A stretch of 64,000 nt of DNA from Candidatus Magasanikiibacteriota bacterium (GTDB lineage Bacteria > Patescibacteriota > Patescibacteriia > Magasanikbacterales > GWA2-37-8), in the NCBI GenBank assembly GCA_017991415.1, contig JAGOQR010000002.1, positions 204,736 to 268,735 of the forward strand. Direction: 5' to 3'. The notes beneath the pieces were generated by a model. The model had not been told where the DNA came from and did no database searches. It saw only the letters and a program-made list of their open reading frames with translations. This document shows, one piece after another, positions 37,518-47,800 of this stretch (the stretch's first letter is position 1; the number at the start of each line of letters is the position of its first letter). The position numbers and the translations under genes are program-made.

Positions 37518-38015
37518 CTAAACACCAGCGTGTATATCGATAGTCTTGCCAGCTGGCAAGGTAACGATTGCTTTCTTATAGTCGGCTCTGCGGCCAAGAG
37601 ACCTGCCAAAACGTACAGCACGTCCTTCTACATTAGCAATATTAACTCCTACTGGTTTTACGCCATAAATTTCGGCAACTGCTGCTTTTACTTGTTCTTT
37701 ATTTGCAGTTCTCGATACGATAAAGCTATATTTTCCTTTACTTTCAGCAATAGCACTTTTTTCTGTGATAAGTGGTTTTACCAAAACTTTAAATGCAATG
37801 CTATGTGTAGCTACCTTAACAGTAGATTTTACAGTTTTAGCTTCTTCTGTATGAACATGCTCTTTTTCTTTTTTCTTTACTACTTTCTTCTTTTCAACAT
37901 CAAGAGCTTGAGGCTTTTCTTTTTTGGCCACAACTCCAGCTGGAGATTTTTTCTCGCCAGCTTTACTTAACTGATCTTTATCTTTCTTATGTAGCCAATT
38001 ATTGATTAAACCCAT
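37518..38015 (-). CDS. rplW: 50S ribosomal protein L23 with ~70-aa Lys/Glu-rich N-terminal extension
   Basis: C-terminal 95 aa are canonical L23 (ITEKSAIAESKGKYSFIV...). The N-terminal K/E-rich extension is unusual. Confidence 0.8.
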   Translation of the reverse strand: MGLINNWLHKKDKDQLSKAGEKKSPAGVVAKKEKPQALDVEKKKVVKKKEKEHVHTEEAKTVKSTVKVATHSIAFKVLVKPLITEKSAIAESKGKYSFIVSRTANKEQVKAAVAEIYGVKPVGVNIANVEGRAVRFGRSLGRRADYKKAIVTLPAGKTIDIHAGV

Positions 38016-38026
38016 AGTAATAAATT

Positions 38027-38680
38027 CTAAGCTTTATTTAGTGAAGCTTCCAATTTTTCTACGCCTGATTTATTGGTAAGCACAACTGATTTTGATAATA
38101 AATCCATAACATTCACATCTTCTACTCGCACTGTTTTAACTGATTTTAAATTTCTAGTCATACGAATAACATTTTCATTTTTTCCTGGTGTAAGTAATAA
38201 AAATGATTTTGCTTTCTTTGGCAATGAACTTAAAAACTTAACAAATAATTTGGTCTTTGGTTCAGAAAAATTAAAATCTTCAAATACCCACAAATCATTA
38301 TTGGCAGCGCGATCACTTAAGCACATGCGCAAAGCCAACTGTTTAATTTTTTTATTAATTTTTGTTTTATAATTACGGATTGACAATGGACCAAAAGTCA
38401 CACCGCCGCCTTTCCAGATAGGAGAACGAATGGAACCATGACGAGCGCGTCCAGTTCCTTTCTGCTGCCAAGGTTTCTTACCACCACCTCGTACTTCACC
38501 ACGATTTTTGGTGTCAGCCCAAGGTTCTCTTTGGTTGTTCTGTAATGCAACAAAAACTTCATGAACAACTTCTGGTTTTATTTTAACTCCAAAAACACTG
38601 TCAGAAAGATTCATTTCACCGGTTTCTTTTCCCTCTAGATTGTAAACTTTTGCCTTCATAATATTTTTAAGAAATGACAC
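38027..38680 (-). CDS. rplD: 50S ribosomal protein L4
   Basis: KPWQQKGTGRARHGSIRSPIWKGGGV. Confidence 0.95.
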   Translation of the reverse strand: MSFLKNIMKAKVYNLEGKETGEMNLSDSVFGVKIKPEVVHEVFVALQNNQREPWADTKNRGEVRGGGKKPWQQKGTGRARHGSIRSPIWKGGGVTFGPLSIRNYKTKINKKIKQLALRMCLSDRAANNDLWVFEDFNFSEPKTKLFVKFLSSLPKKAKSFLLLTPGKNENVIRMTRNLKSVKTVRVEDVNVMDLLSKSVVLTNKSGVEKLEASLNKA

Positions 38681-38685
38681 TTAGA

Positions 38686-39387
38686 TTACGCTGTTTGATT
38701 CTCTGATTTTTCTTCTACAACAGTTTCTGGAACCATCTCGGACACAACTAGATTTTCAGTTTTTAATTTTAATTCACCTTCGCCACTGATAAGTAGCAAA
38801 GCGTTGCGACCACCAGGTACTGCACCCTTGATATAAAGCTCTCCAGATTCTGGATGAACTTGCACAATCTCTAAATTCTTTATAGTTACTCTGTCTCCAC
38901 CCATTCGGCCACCCATTCTCATTCCTTTAAAAACTCTCTGTACACCACCGGCACCAATGGAACCAGGCATGCGCAAGTTATCTTTATGACCATGAGAAGC
39001 AGGACCACCGCGGAAATGGTGACGCTTAACTACACCAGCAAAACCTTTACCTTTTGATTCACCAACCACAAGCACTTTGTCGCCAGGAACAAACGTTTCT
39101 ACTGTAATAGTATCGCCTCGTTTTACAACTGCGCTACTATCAATTTTAAAATCTCGCAAGTTTCTTACTTTATCTAGATCTTTTAAATGCCCAACTTGAG
39201 GCATGGATAATCGGCTTTCTTTGGTTTCTCCAAATCCAACCTGAACGGCTTTTACCCCATTCTTTTTATCTTCTCGCACTTCTGTAATTTGGCAAGGACC
39301 AGCTTGGACTTTGGTGACTGGCACTACTTCTCCACTTTGCAAGAACACCTGAGTCATGCCGATTTTTTTTCCTAAAATAAATTTCAT
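38686..39387 (-). CDS. rplC: 50S ribosomal protein L3
   Basis: GKKIGMTQVF... FKGMRMGGRMGGDRVT. Confidence 0.95.
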   Translation of the reverse strand: MKFILGKKIGMTQVFLQSGEVVPVTKVQAGPCQITEVREDKKNGVKAVQVGFGETKESRLSMPQVGHLKDLDKVRNLRDFKIDSSAVVKRGDTITVETFVPGDKVLVVGESKGKGFAGVVKRHHFRGGPASHGHKDNLRMPGSIGAGGVQRVFKGMRMGGRMGGDRVTIKNLEIVQVHPESGELYIKGAVPGGRNALLLISGEGELKLKTENLVVSEMVPETVVEEKSENQTA

Positions 39388-39739
39388 ATAATGTTACGGA
39401 TTTTGCATTACTTTTATTTCGTCCTTGTTGTAAATAAAAACTAGAAACGACAGCGAAATTAATAGTAGTTTGAGCATCTGTAAATAGCTATTTCTAGCCG
39501 TGCTTCTCACCTACTTAATCTGCGTTCTCGTTTCTAGCCTTCTTCGTTCTGCCAGAGCTCATTTTATGAGCAGAGGCGACTTAACTTAGATTGGCTTATC
39601 TGTATAAAATTTCAATATTTTTTCTCCAGCTTCTTCGGACCTTATAAATGTTTTCCTTTGACCCTACCAACGCTCTTGTGTGTCAGTGGGACTTGGATCT
39701 TATTTATTTAGTCTGAATCAACTTTTTTTAAGTACTCTG

Positions 39740-39768
39740 ATTTTACTATATTACTTTTTGTTTGTCAA
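39740..39768 (-). promoter_or_regulatory. Internal promoter TTGACA-17-TAAAAT inside the rpsJ-rplC gap, giving rplC a ~350-nt leader
   Basis: Minus strand cTTGACAaacaaaaagtaatatagTAAAAT, with the -35 at plus 39763-39768 and the -10 at 39740-39745. Confidence 0.5.
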
Positions 39769-39778
39769 GAGCTTACCC

Positions 39779-40123
39779 TTACATTTTTATTTCGATATCA
39801 ACTCCAGCTGGAACTTGCAAACTCATAAGAGCATCAACAGTCTTGGCAGTAGGATTAACGATATCAATTAAACGTTTGTGTACGCGCATTTCAAATTGCT
39901 CACGAGCATCTTTGTGTACAAAAGTAGATCGGTTAACAGTAAATTTGGTCTTTTCAGTAGGTAGAGGGATAGGACCAACAATTTGAGCACCATGTCTCTC
40001 GGCTGTTTCGATAATATTTTTTGTAGCCTGATCTATGATTTTGTTATCATAAGCACGAATTTTAATTCTAATTCGGCTAATGGTTTCTTCGACAGTTTTT
40101 TTGTGAGCCTGAGCATCTTTCAT
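39779..40123 (-). CDS. rpsJ: 30S ribosomal protein S10
   Basis: [15 protein letters not shown]... canonical S10. The start is set at the internal ATG (MKDAQ) because the track start lies inside the hairpin at 40146-40172. Confidence 0.85.
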   Translation of the reverse strand: MKDAQAHKKTVEETISRIRIKIRAYDNKIIDQATKNIIETAERHGAQIVGPIPLPTEKTKFTVNRSTFVHKDAREQFEMRVHKRLIDIVNPTAKTVDALMSLQVPAGVDIEIKM

Positions 40124-40145
40124 AAGGAGCAATATAGTCTTCCGA

Positions 40146-40172
40146 CCCTGCCCCAATAAACATTGGGGCAGG
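40146..40172 (-). promoter_or_regulatory. Stable hairpin CCCTGCCCCAAT-AAAC-ATTGGGGCAGG between tuf and rpsJ, not followed by a U-run (possible attenuator or processing site)
   Basis: 11-bp GC-rich stem, 15 nt after the tuf stop. The minus-strand downstream sequence is GUCGGAAGACUAUAUUGCUCCUUAUG. Confidence 0.4.
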
Positions 40173-40187
40173 ACGGAGGATTAAGAA

Positions 40188-41378
40188 TTATTTAATAATT
40201 TTAGTTACAACTCCAGCACCTACTGTTTTACCACCTTCGCGGATAGCAAAGTTCATTTTATCTTCCATGGCTACAGGAGTGATTAGTTTAACTACGAAGC
40301 TAATAGTATCACCAGGCATAACCATTTCAGTTCCTGCTGGTAATTCTACTTCTCCAGTTACATCGGTAGTTCTAATATAGAACTGTGGTTTATAACCTTT
40401 GAAGAATGGCTTATGTCTTCCACCTTCTTCTTTAGTCAAGATATAAACTTGAGCTTCAAATTCAGTGTGAGGAGTAATAGTACCCGGTTTGGCAATAACC
40501 ATACCGCGCTCTACTTCTTCTTTTTTAGTACCGCGGAGCAACAAACCTACGTTATCTCCAGCTTGACCCTCTTTTAATTGCTTGTTAAACATCTCAACAC
40601 CAGTAATAGTAGTCTTGCCGATAGCTTCACTCATACCTACAATTGAAGCTTCGTCATTGATATGAACGATACCGCGTTCCATACGACCTGTAACTACAGT
40701 ACCACGACCTTCGATTGAGAATACGTCTTCAATAGGCATGAGGAAAGGCTTGTCAGTATCACGCACAGGTTGAGGAATATATTCATCTACAGCCTTCATA
40801 AGATCCATAACTGGCTTAGCAGCTGTTTCATCGGTTGGGTTTTGTAAAGCTTGAAGAGCTGAACCACGGATAATTGGGGTGGTGTCGCCTGGGAATTCGT
40901 ATTTTTTAAGCAAATCACGAACTTCAGCTTCTACCAAGTCGATAAGTTCTGGATCAGAAACTTGATCAACTTTGTTCAAGAAAACAACAATGTAAGGCAC
41001 ACCTACCTGGCGAGCTAACAAGATATGTTCTCTAGTCTGAGGCATCGGACCATCAGCAGCAGAAACAACAAGAATAGCGCCGTCCATCTGAGCAGCACCA
41101 GTAATCATGTTTTTTACATAGTCCGCGTGACCTGGACAGTCTACGTGGGCATAGTGACGGTTGTCTGTTTCGTACTCAACGTGAGCAGTAGAAATGGTAA
41201 TACCACGAGCTTTTGACTCTGGAGATTTATCCAAATCATCTACACCTTTGTTTGAAGCAGCTCCACCACGACTGCGCAAAACTGACAAAATTGCAGCAGT
41301 TAAGGTAGTTTTACCATGGTCAACGTGACCAATAGTACCAATGTTTACGTGTGGCTTGTTTCTAATAAACTCAGCCAT
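40188..41378 (-). CDS. tuf: Elongation factor Tu
   Basis: [25 protein letters not shown]; 396 aa. Confidence 0.97.
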   Translation of the reverse strand: MAEFIRNKPHVNIGTIGHVDHGKTTLTAAILSVLRSRGGAASNKGVDDLDKSPESKARGITISTAHVEYETDNRHYAHVDCPGHADYVKNMITGAAQMDGAILVVSAADGPMPQTREHILLARQVGVPYIVVFLNKVDQVSDPELIDLVEAEVRDLLKKYEFPGDTTPIIRGSALQALQNPTDETAAKPVMDLMKAVDEYIPQPVRDTDKPFLMPIEDVFSIEGRGTVVTGRMERGIVHINDEASIVGMSEAIGKTTITGVEMFNKQLKEGQAGDNVGLLLRGTKKEEVERGMVIAKPGTITPHTEFEAQVYILTKEEGGRHKPFFKGYKPQFYIRTTDVTGEVELPAGTEMVMPGDTISFVVKLITPVAMEDKMNFAIREGGKTVGAGVVTKIIK

Positions 41379-41491
41379 AAGTTTAGTCCTTACACGGCAC
41401 TATTACCGAGTGGTCGGAATAGATTTTTGTCCAGCCGTTATTGTTATTTTAAAAAAATGTATTTTTTCGCTATTAAAGCGTAAGTGCAACG

Positions 41492-41520
41492 ATTATATCA
41501 GGTAGTTAAAAAAATTGCAA
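41492..41520 (-). promoter_or_regulatory. Promoter TTGCAA-17-TATAAT for tuf
   Basis: Minus strand TTGCAAtttttttaactacctgaTATAAT, ~110 nt upstream of the tuf ATG. Confidence 0.55.
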
Positions 41521-41600
41521 GGGCTGCCTGTCGATAGACAGGGATAAATTGTGGATAGCAAGGTTCCGCCCCTACTTTTTACTACAGATTCGGCCGTCTT

Positions 41601-42047
41601 TTATTCTACAGGCTCTAAATAAAATTTTTCTTCGTCCTCTTCTGCTATAATATCGGAAGCAGACTCTTCTCTACTAATATTTGTAGGCTGTTTTGGCGTA
41701 GAAAATGACGGCTCTGGTGCCTCTTGGGCAAAACGGTCGGCTGGGGCAGTAACTGGCGGAACAACTGAATTTTCTCTAGAAATAGGGCTTTTTTCCAAAA
41801 TAGAATCGAATGTTTCGAGGCGCTCTCGGTCGTTAGAGGCACGCCAAATAGCTACATCTCGATTTATTTTTTCCATTAATTCTTCTTCGGTTAATTTTTC
41901 TACGCCCTCGCTATTTGCAAGCATTTTTTCATAGGAACCAAGTTCCATAAGCATCATAACTGCGTCTGATTCATTGTCCATTAAAACAACCTTATCCCCT
42001 GTTCGGCGAACCAACTTTATAACTCTATCAATCTGAGAATTTTTCAT
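41601..42047 (-). CDS. Hypothetical protein (148 aa), acidic C-terminus
   Basis: Intact ORF between the ABC permease gene and tuf. No recognisable motif. Confidence 0.4.
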   Translation of the reverse strand: MKNSQIDRVIKLVRRTGDKVVLMDNESDAVMMLMELGSYEKMLANSEGVEKLTEEELMEKINRDVAIWRASNDRERLETFDSILEKSPISRENSVVPPVTAPADRFAQEAPEPSFSTPKQPTNISREESASDIIAEEDEEKFYLEPVE

Positions 42048-42266
42048 ATATTTCTTTCGGTTTTAATTTATAACTTTTTATAGTTTACCATTAAAAAAAT
42101 TTAAGTCAACTCTACCTCCATATAGGTATTTAGAGGTTAAAAAAGCAAAAAGGCTCCCCTATTATTAAGAGCCCTGTATTGCCCAAAACACATAATTACC
42201 TATCGCTTCCGAGACTAGAAACAGTATACCGCAACTAAAATAGCTATGTAGCTATTAAGCGTTTCT

Positions 42267-43490
42267 TTATTTATACCGTAATGCCTCGAGCGGATCCATT
42301 GCCGCTGCACGGCGAGCTGGGAATATACCAGACAAAAACCCGATAAAAACTGATAAAAAAATAATGATAAGTAAAAATGAAATTGGATACACAAACAAGT
42401 TTGTTTTAGCACCTCCAAACTTAGAGGCTAGACTATTAATCACAAAATTAAAAATCTGACCGAGAAGAATACCGATCAATGTACCTACCACACCGCCCAA
42501 AAATCCAATAATAATGGACTCGCTCAAAAATAAATTTCGCAAATTGCTTTTACTTGCTCCCAAAGCTCTCATAATACCAATTTCATTGGTACGTTCCAGA
42601 AGAGTTACTGTCATTGTATTAAACATGCCGATAGAAGAAACGATTAAAGCAACTGCCCCAAACAAGCCCAATACGATTTGAATTACTCGAAAAATCTTGT
42701 TAGCCTGATCAATTGTCTCGGACAATGATTGTGTTTGATAACCACGCTCTATAACCTCTTCTTTTACTAAATTTAAGTCCTGACTACTATTTACCTTTAC
42801 ACGCGCCTGTTCATAATGATTGATTTTGATAAAACTAGAAACCTCTTTGAGAGGTAAAAATACATAACTTTCCTGGTTATCTTCAATAACACCTTTGATC
42901 GTATAGCTTACTGGCACTTCAAAAATCTCTAGCTGCTCATTATCAAGTACGTTTTTATTAGTAAAAATTTTTACATTAATTTTTTTCCCTAGAACAGAAT
43001 TGGGGTCCGTGATACCAAACAATTTTAACACTGCTTCAGAGATTATAAGCTGATTCTCATCTCCACTTTCGTATAGGCTCCCGAACTTTACCGCTGTACC
43101 AGAGTAACTAAAATAATTTGCATCTGCCACTCTCATATCTACAGTACCATTTATACCGTCAAGCGATAGCTGCCCAGTAAACTTTGCAAGCGGCGTAACA
43201 TCAGTTACAGCAGGGATCTGCGAAATATCGCCTAAGGCTTTATCGTCTAATATAATTAGATCGCTGCTTGGCGTAATAGCCAAACTAAGCAGAGCCTGAT
43301 TAAAAACTATTTTTTGCAAAATAACATTTTGCAGACCGTAACCTAAGGAAACTAAAAATAAAACCGCAGAAATACCAACACTAATACCGAGCACCGTGAG
43401 CCAGGTACGAGATGGATTGGTCCGAAACATTCTGGTTGATAATGAAAATAAATCAAGAGACTTCATACGATTGAGCCAAAATAATTTCAA
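42267..43490 (-). CDS. ABC transporter permease, FtsX/MacB family (4 TM with large extracytoplasmic loop)
   Basis: TM1, a ~220-aa periplasmic domain, then 3 C-terminal TM helices with an FtsX-like motif region. The start overlaps the ATPase gene by 38 nt. Confidence 0.8.
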   Translation of the reverse strand: MKLFWLNRMKSLDLFSLSTRMFRTNPSRTWLTVLGISVGISAVLFLVSLGYGLQNVILQKIVFNQALLSLAITPSSDLIILDDKALGDISQIPAVTDVTPLAKFTGQLSLDGINGTVDMRVADANYFSYSGTAVKFGSLYESGDENQLIISEAVLKLFGITDPNSVLGKKINVKIFTNKNVLDNEQLEIFEVPVSYTIKGVIEDNQESYVFLPLKEVSSFIKINHYEQARVKVNSSQDLNLVKEEVIERGYQTQSLSETIDQANKIFRVIQIVLGLFGAVALIVSSIGMFNTMTVTLLERTNEIGIMRALGASKSNLRNLFLSESIIIGFLGGVVGTLIGILLGQIFNFVINSLASKFGGAKTNLFVYPISFLLIIIFLSVFIGFLSGIFPARRAAAMDPLEALRYK

Positions 43491-44787
43491 ATCTTTCTGC
43501 TAGTCGCTGTGCGGTGGCCAAGTTTAAACCTACGCCACCTTGAGCAAATGGCCTATCAAGCACATTACTAAACTGAGGCGTATTTATTGTTTTTGCCAAA
43601 CGATCGTAAATAGCTTTTTCTAACCGCTCAATCTGGTCCTTATTAAGACTCCCATGATACTCATCTAACAAAAACCTTCTCAGCATGTCTATCATATGAG
43701 TACTTTTTTCAGAATGATCAATCGTGCTCGCACTCTTTAAAAATACTCCTACCTCTTTTAGAACTGCGCTAATTTTTTTAGTAAACCTAATAGCCGTTCC
43801 CCTATATAACCCTACACCACCATCGCCATATGGTAAATTTAATTTTTCAAAAAAATCGTGTTCACTCAATTGACCTGCTAACATGCCTTCCATAAATTTT
43901 TCCAATCTTTCTATCTGGTTTATAGTAAATTCATCGGTGAGGTAATTGGTCATGCTCCATGCCTTAAGCTGTGGCACCGTCATAAACTGATGAGAGCGTG
44001 CCATTTTTTCAAGCTCACCAAGTGGTGTATTATCTTTCGGTTCATCTACCTTCTCCTCGTCCTTAGGCTTAACTGGCTGGTTTGGTCTTTGCGGATGGTC
44101 ATTTTTAACTATTTTTTCTAATTTCGCATCCTTAAAATAACAGATACGATCGGCATACGGCAAAAAACTAGGGTCATGAGTAACCAAGATTATAGTCTTT
44201 TTATCTTTCTTATTAATATCATATAACGTCTCCATCACCACTCGCGAAGATTCGCTGTCCAAGTTTCCTACCGGCTCATCGGCAAGCAGCACAATCGGAT
44301 CATTGATAAGCGAACGACAAATTGCTACACGCTGCTGCTGCCCACCCGAAAGATTGGCTGGCAAATTTTTTGCTCTGGTTTCAATACCAAAACGAGCAAG
44401 TAACACCTTGGCTCTTTCAGCTCTTTTTTCTTTTTCCACCTCTAAGAAAACTTGAGGCAGCGTAATATTATCAGTAACATTGAGCGAATAAATAAGATTA
44501 AAATTCTGAAAAACAATGCCAAAAAACTGAGAAACCATCGCGCTTTTATCAACTTCTGAAAAAGAGGCACTGTCTCGTCCTTTAATATATAATCTACCTT
44601 CACTTAATCGCTGGAGACCCAAGATAGTATAGAGAAGCGTTGATTTTCCACACCCAGATGGACCAAAAAAAATAAGGTACTCTTCTGGATATACTTCAAT
44701 ACTAATATTATTAAGGGCAATATACTCATTATCTTGCCCTTTATTATATATAACCTTGATGTTTTCAGTTTTAATAATTGGTTCCAT
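43453..44787 (-). CDS. ABC transporter ATP-binding protein (MacB/LolD/FtsE-like) with a ~210-aa C-terminal extension containing a duplicated ~60-aa unit
   Basis: Walker A FGPSGCGKSTLL, signature LSGGQQQRVAICR, Walker B LLADEP. The C-terminal extension has two copies of QIERLEK...GGVGL...A.R motifs. Confidence 0.8.
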   Translation of the reverse strand: MEPIIKTENIKVIYNKGQDNEYIALNNISIEVYPEEYLIFFGPSGCGKSTLLYTILGLQRLSEGRLYIKGRDSASFSEVDKSAMVSQFFGIVFQNFNLIYSLNVTDNITLPQVFLEVEKEKRAERAKVLLARFGIETRAKNLPANLSGGQQQRVAICRSLINDPIVLLADEPVGNLDSESSRVVMETLYDINKKDKKTIILVTHDPSFLPYADRICYFKDAKLEKIVKNDHPQRPNQPVKPKDEEKVDEPKDNTPLGELEKMARSHQFMTVPQLKAWSMTNYLTDEFTINQIERLEKFMEGMLAGQLSEHDFFEKLNLPYGDGGVGLYRGTAIRFTKKISAVLKEVGVFLKSASTIDHSEKSTHMIDMLRRFLLDEYHGSLNKDQIERLEKAIYDRLAKTINTPQFSNVLDRPFAQGGVGLNLATAQRLAERFEIILAQSYEVS

Positions 44788-44824
44788 GCTAAAACATTTA
44801 TATACGTGGGAGCACGCTCCAACC

Positions 44825-47800
44825 CTAAATACCTATATTCTTTGTCCAACCAAACACAGACTGGAAGTTGTTAATAATAATATCAACGATTGTTTCTTTT
44901 TCTTGAGGAGTAAGTATAGAGAACGTCTCAGATTTTCCAGAATTTCCTGCTAAATCTTTTGATTCAACCCAATATTTATAAACGGTTCCAGGTTTAAATT
45001 TAGTCACTACGATAATATGTCGCGTATTAAGACTTGCATCAAAAGGCAACGAAATAACATTATCACCTGACAAACCTTCTTGATAGAAAACCTGTGAGGT
45101 AGCTGGCTCATCTGTCTCCCAAGAAATAATTGTTTGTACTTTTGAATCCTTACCCGGGTATAATGTTGATTCTGAAGAGAGTTTAGATAATGTTGGACTT
45201 GCTTTATCAAGGGTAGTTGAAAATGTTATTGGTAAGCTTGAAACTGAATTATTAAATTCATCTTTACCCTTAATAACTAACGTATAATTTACACCACCTT
45301 CTAATCCTTTGAGCGTTACCTCATGATTGATTAGTAGAGTTGGCTCTCCCTGAGTTAACGATTGACCTGTCTTAGTATTCTTATACTCAAGCGTACCGTC
45401 GGTCGAAACATTGGTTTTCCAACTTACCGTAATTGATGATTGTAAATCAGAAGGTCTTGTTACACGAATATCAGAAATAACAGGGAGGTCACCAGTGGTT
45501 TGGAATGTAAAATCACCGCTTGATGCTTCTGGACCAATTAAACCTTTAGAAATTACTTTGAAATGATAGACAACAGCTGGATCAAGACCGCTTAATTCTA
45601 CCGTATGATTGAGACTAAATTCATCTGGACTAACCGCTGCATTAGTGTACGGATTGCCACTACCTGGCTTATATTCACTTTCACGTGCATAATTTACCTC
45701 CGAAGAAGATCGCTTATCTGTAGACCATTTAATGATGGCAGTAGTTCCCTTTACCTCTACGGTTGGTTTGATACCCACAATACTTGGAGCTTCTATTACC
45801 TTACTGGTCATTTCAAGAAGCGCCTGAATAAACTTATCTTCTGGAATATCTTTGAGCAATGGATTGGTTGCAATATCATTTAAAAACTTCTCCAAGGATT
45901 TACTTGATGCTTTTTGTAATGCATTTGAAATAAACTGTGACTCTGGTGGTGCACTATCTTCTGGCACATCTTCTGGATTACTGTCTGGAACTGCTTCGGT
46001 GCCATCAATATTAAGGGTTGTGAAACTTCTGTCATCCGATTCAGTACGATTTCCAGAGGCATCATAGGTAACAGCTTTTAGATGGTATGTACGACCAGGT
46101 TCTAAATTTAACAACTTAACAGTATGATTTGTTACGATTAATTCCAAATCATTGCCTACTAAAAATCCATATTGAATATTTTGCCCAAATCGTACCAGCG
46201 AATTACCATCTTCGTTAGTTCGCCAAGAAACACTTGCCGAGCTCGGGGTAATATCAGTTATATCAAGACTAGAAATAATTGGAGGAATTGTATCTGATGT
46301 ATTTGGACGGCTGCCCCCAACTATAATAGTCACAGGCGAACCTGGCGCTTCTAGCGTAGTAAAGCTATAACTAGCACCACTATTATCGTCTGTAGTTATA
46401 TTATTCCCTGAATCAGCAGATCTGACACGGAAATAATACACTGTATTATTTGTTAAACCAGTAATGGTGATAGCGTGAGAAGTTTCAAGAGTAGAGCTTG
46501 AATTAGTGAAGGCAAAGGTGCTTGAAGTTACATCATAGTCAATCTGAGAAGTGGCAGCTTCGTTTGTATTCCATGTAATAATAGCTGAATTATTATTTAC
46601 CAGCGTACTAATATTAGAAATTGTTGGGCCGACTGTATCTGCAATGGTAACAAATGACCAGCCATTACCACTATTATCATCAGTGGCAGAATTGCCAACA
46701 AAATCGGCTGACCGAACTCGGAAATAATAATTAGTATTACCGCTTAAACCAGTGAGTGAAACTGTATGAGAAGTTACAGATTCAGTATTTGACCCAGCTA
46801 AATTAGTGTACGAAGAAGTATTAAGTCCATACTCCACAATTGATGACGCAGGCTCGTTCGTTGTCCATGTAATAGTAGCGCCGACAAGTGAAACACTTGA
46901 AGTAGCTACTGCAGAAATAACAGGGGGCGTACCATCTGCAGCATTTGCGGTGCCAAGCGTATAATCGGCAGAAGAAGCGAGGTTGTTATTTTTATCTTTT
47001 GAATAAATTTTAAAATGATACAGCGTGGAAGAAGATAGTCCTGATAACGTTACCAAGTGCTGCACCGTAAATGTACTATCAAGGGTCGTTGTCGTACCAT
47101 AATCAGTGGTAGGACCATACACAATCTGAGAATCAGCGTTCTCGCTTGTTGTCCATGTAATATTTGCCGAACTATCACTGGTAGTAGTGGCTACAGCTGA
47201 AATAGTTGGCGCGGTGCTGTCTAGAGTGGTAGCAAGATTAAAATACTGGAAACTCCCATTTACTAAATTTTTATCTGTAGATGTTATACCCGACTCATTT
47301 ACTGACTGAACATAAAAATAATAATGTGTTCCTTGTGTAAGGCCTGTTAACGTTACATCATGGAATGTACCAAGCTGCGAAGTGGTGGTGGTAATAGGAT
47401 TTGTTAGTGAAGTAGATGTAGAAAAAACTACGGTACTATCCGAGTTCTCCGAAGTATTCCAAATAACACGAGCAAACGTATTATAGACTTCAACTGCAGA
47501 GACACCAGTGATAGTTGAACCAGCTGGTGTGGTAAATGAGTACCCATCTCCACCATTGTTTGCAGTAGATGATGCGCCGCTTGCAGCAACTGATCGTACG
47601 CTAAAATAATAGGTAGTATTAGGAGAAAGACCACCTAACACTACAGAATGTTGTCCAATAAAACCGGAAGGGTTGTCTACCATCGATGCTACCGTAACAA
47701 CATTGTCGGTAAAATTACCTGGTGTAGTTGAAAAACCAACAATTGAATTAGATAAAATATCTGTATTCCAAGTAATCGTAATTGAGGACGGAGTTGGCGA

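Noticed and set aside
40124-40156. Longer rpsJ start ([11 protein letters not shown]) given by the ORF track.
   Set aside because: That start codon lies inside an 11-bp GC hairpin and adds 11 non-conserved residues. The downstream ATG gives a canonical-length S10.
41379-41600. Possible tRNA gene(s) upstream of tuf, as in the E. coli thrU-tyrU-glyT-thrT-tufB arrangement.
   Set aside because: No cloverleaf, T-loop (GGTTCGAAT/GTTCGATTC) or acceptor-stem complementarity was found in the region. It holds only a promoter (TTGCAA-17-TATAAT) and short hairpins.
44604-46067. Small ORFs (60-92 aa) on either strand within and at the end of the giant protein gene and the ABC ATPase gene (44604-44849, 44756-44953, 45605-45883, 45852-46067, etc.).
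   Set aside because: They are embedded in or antisense to long, well-supported coding regions. They have no signals of their own.
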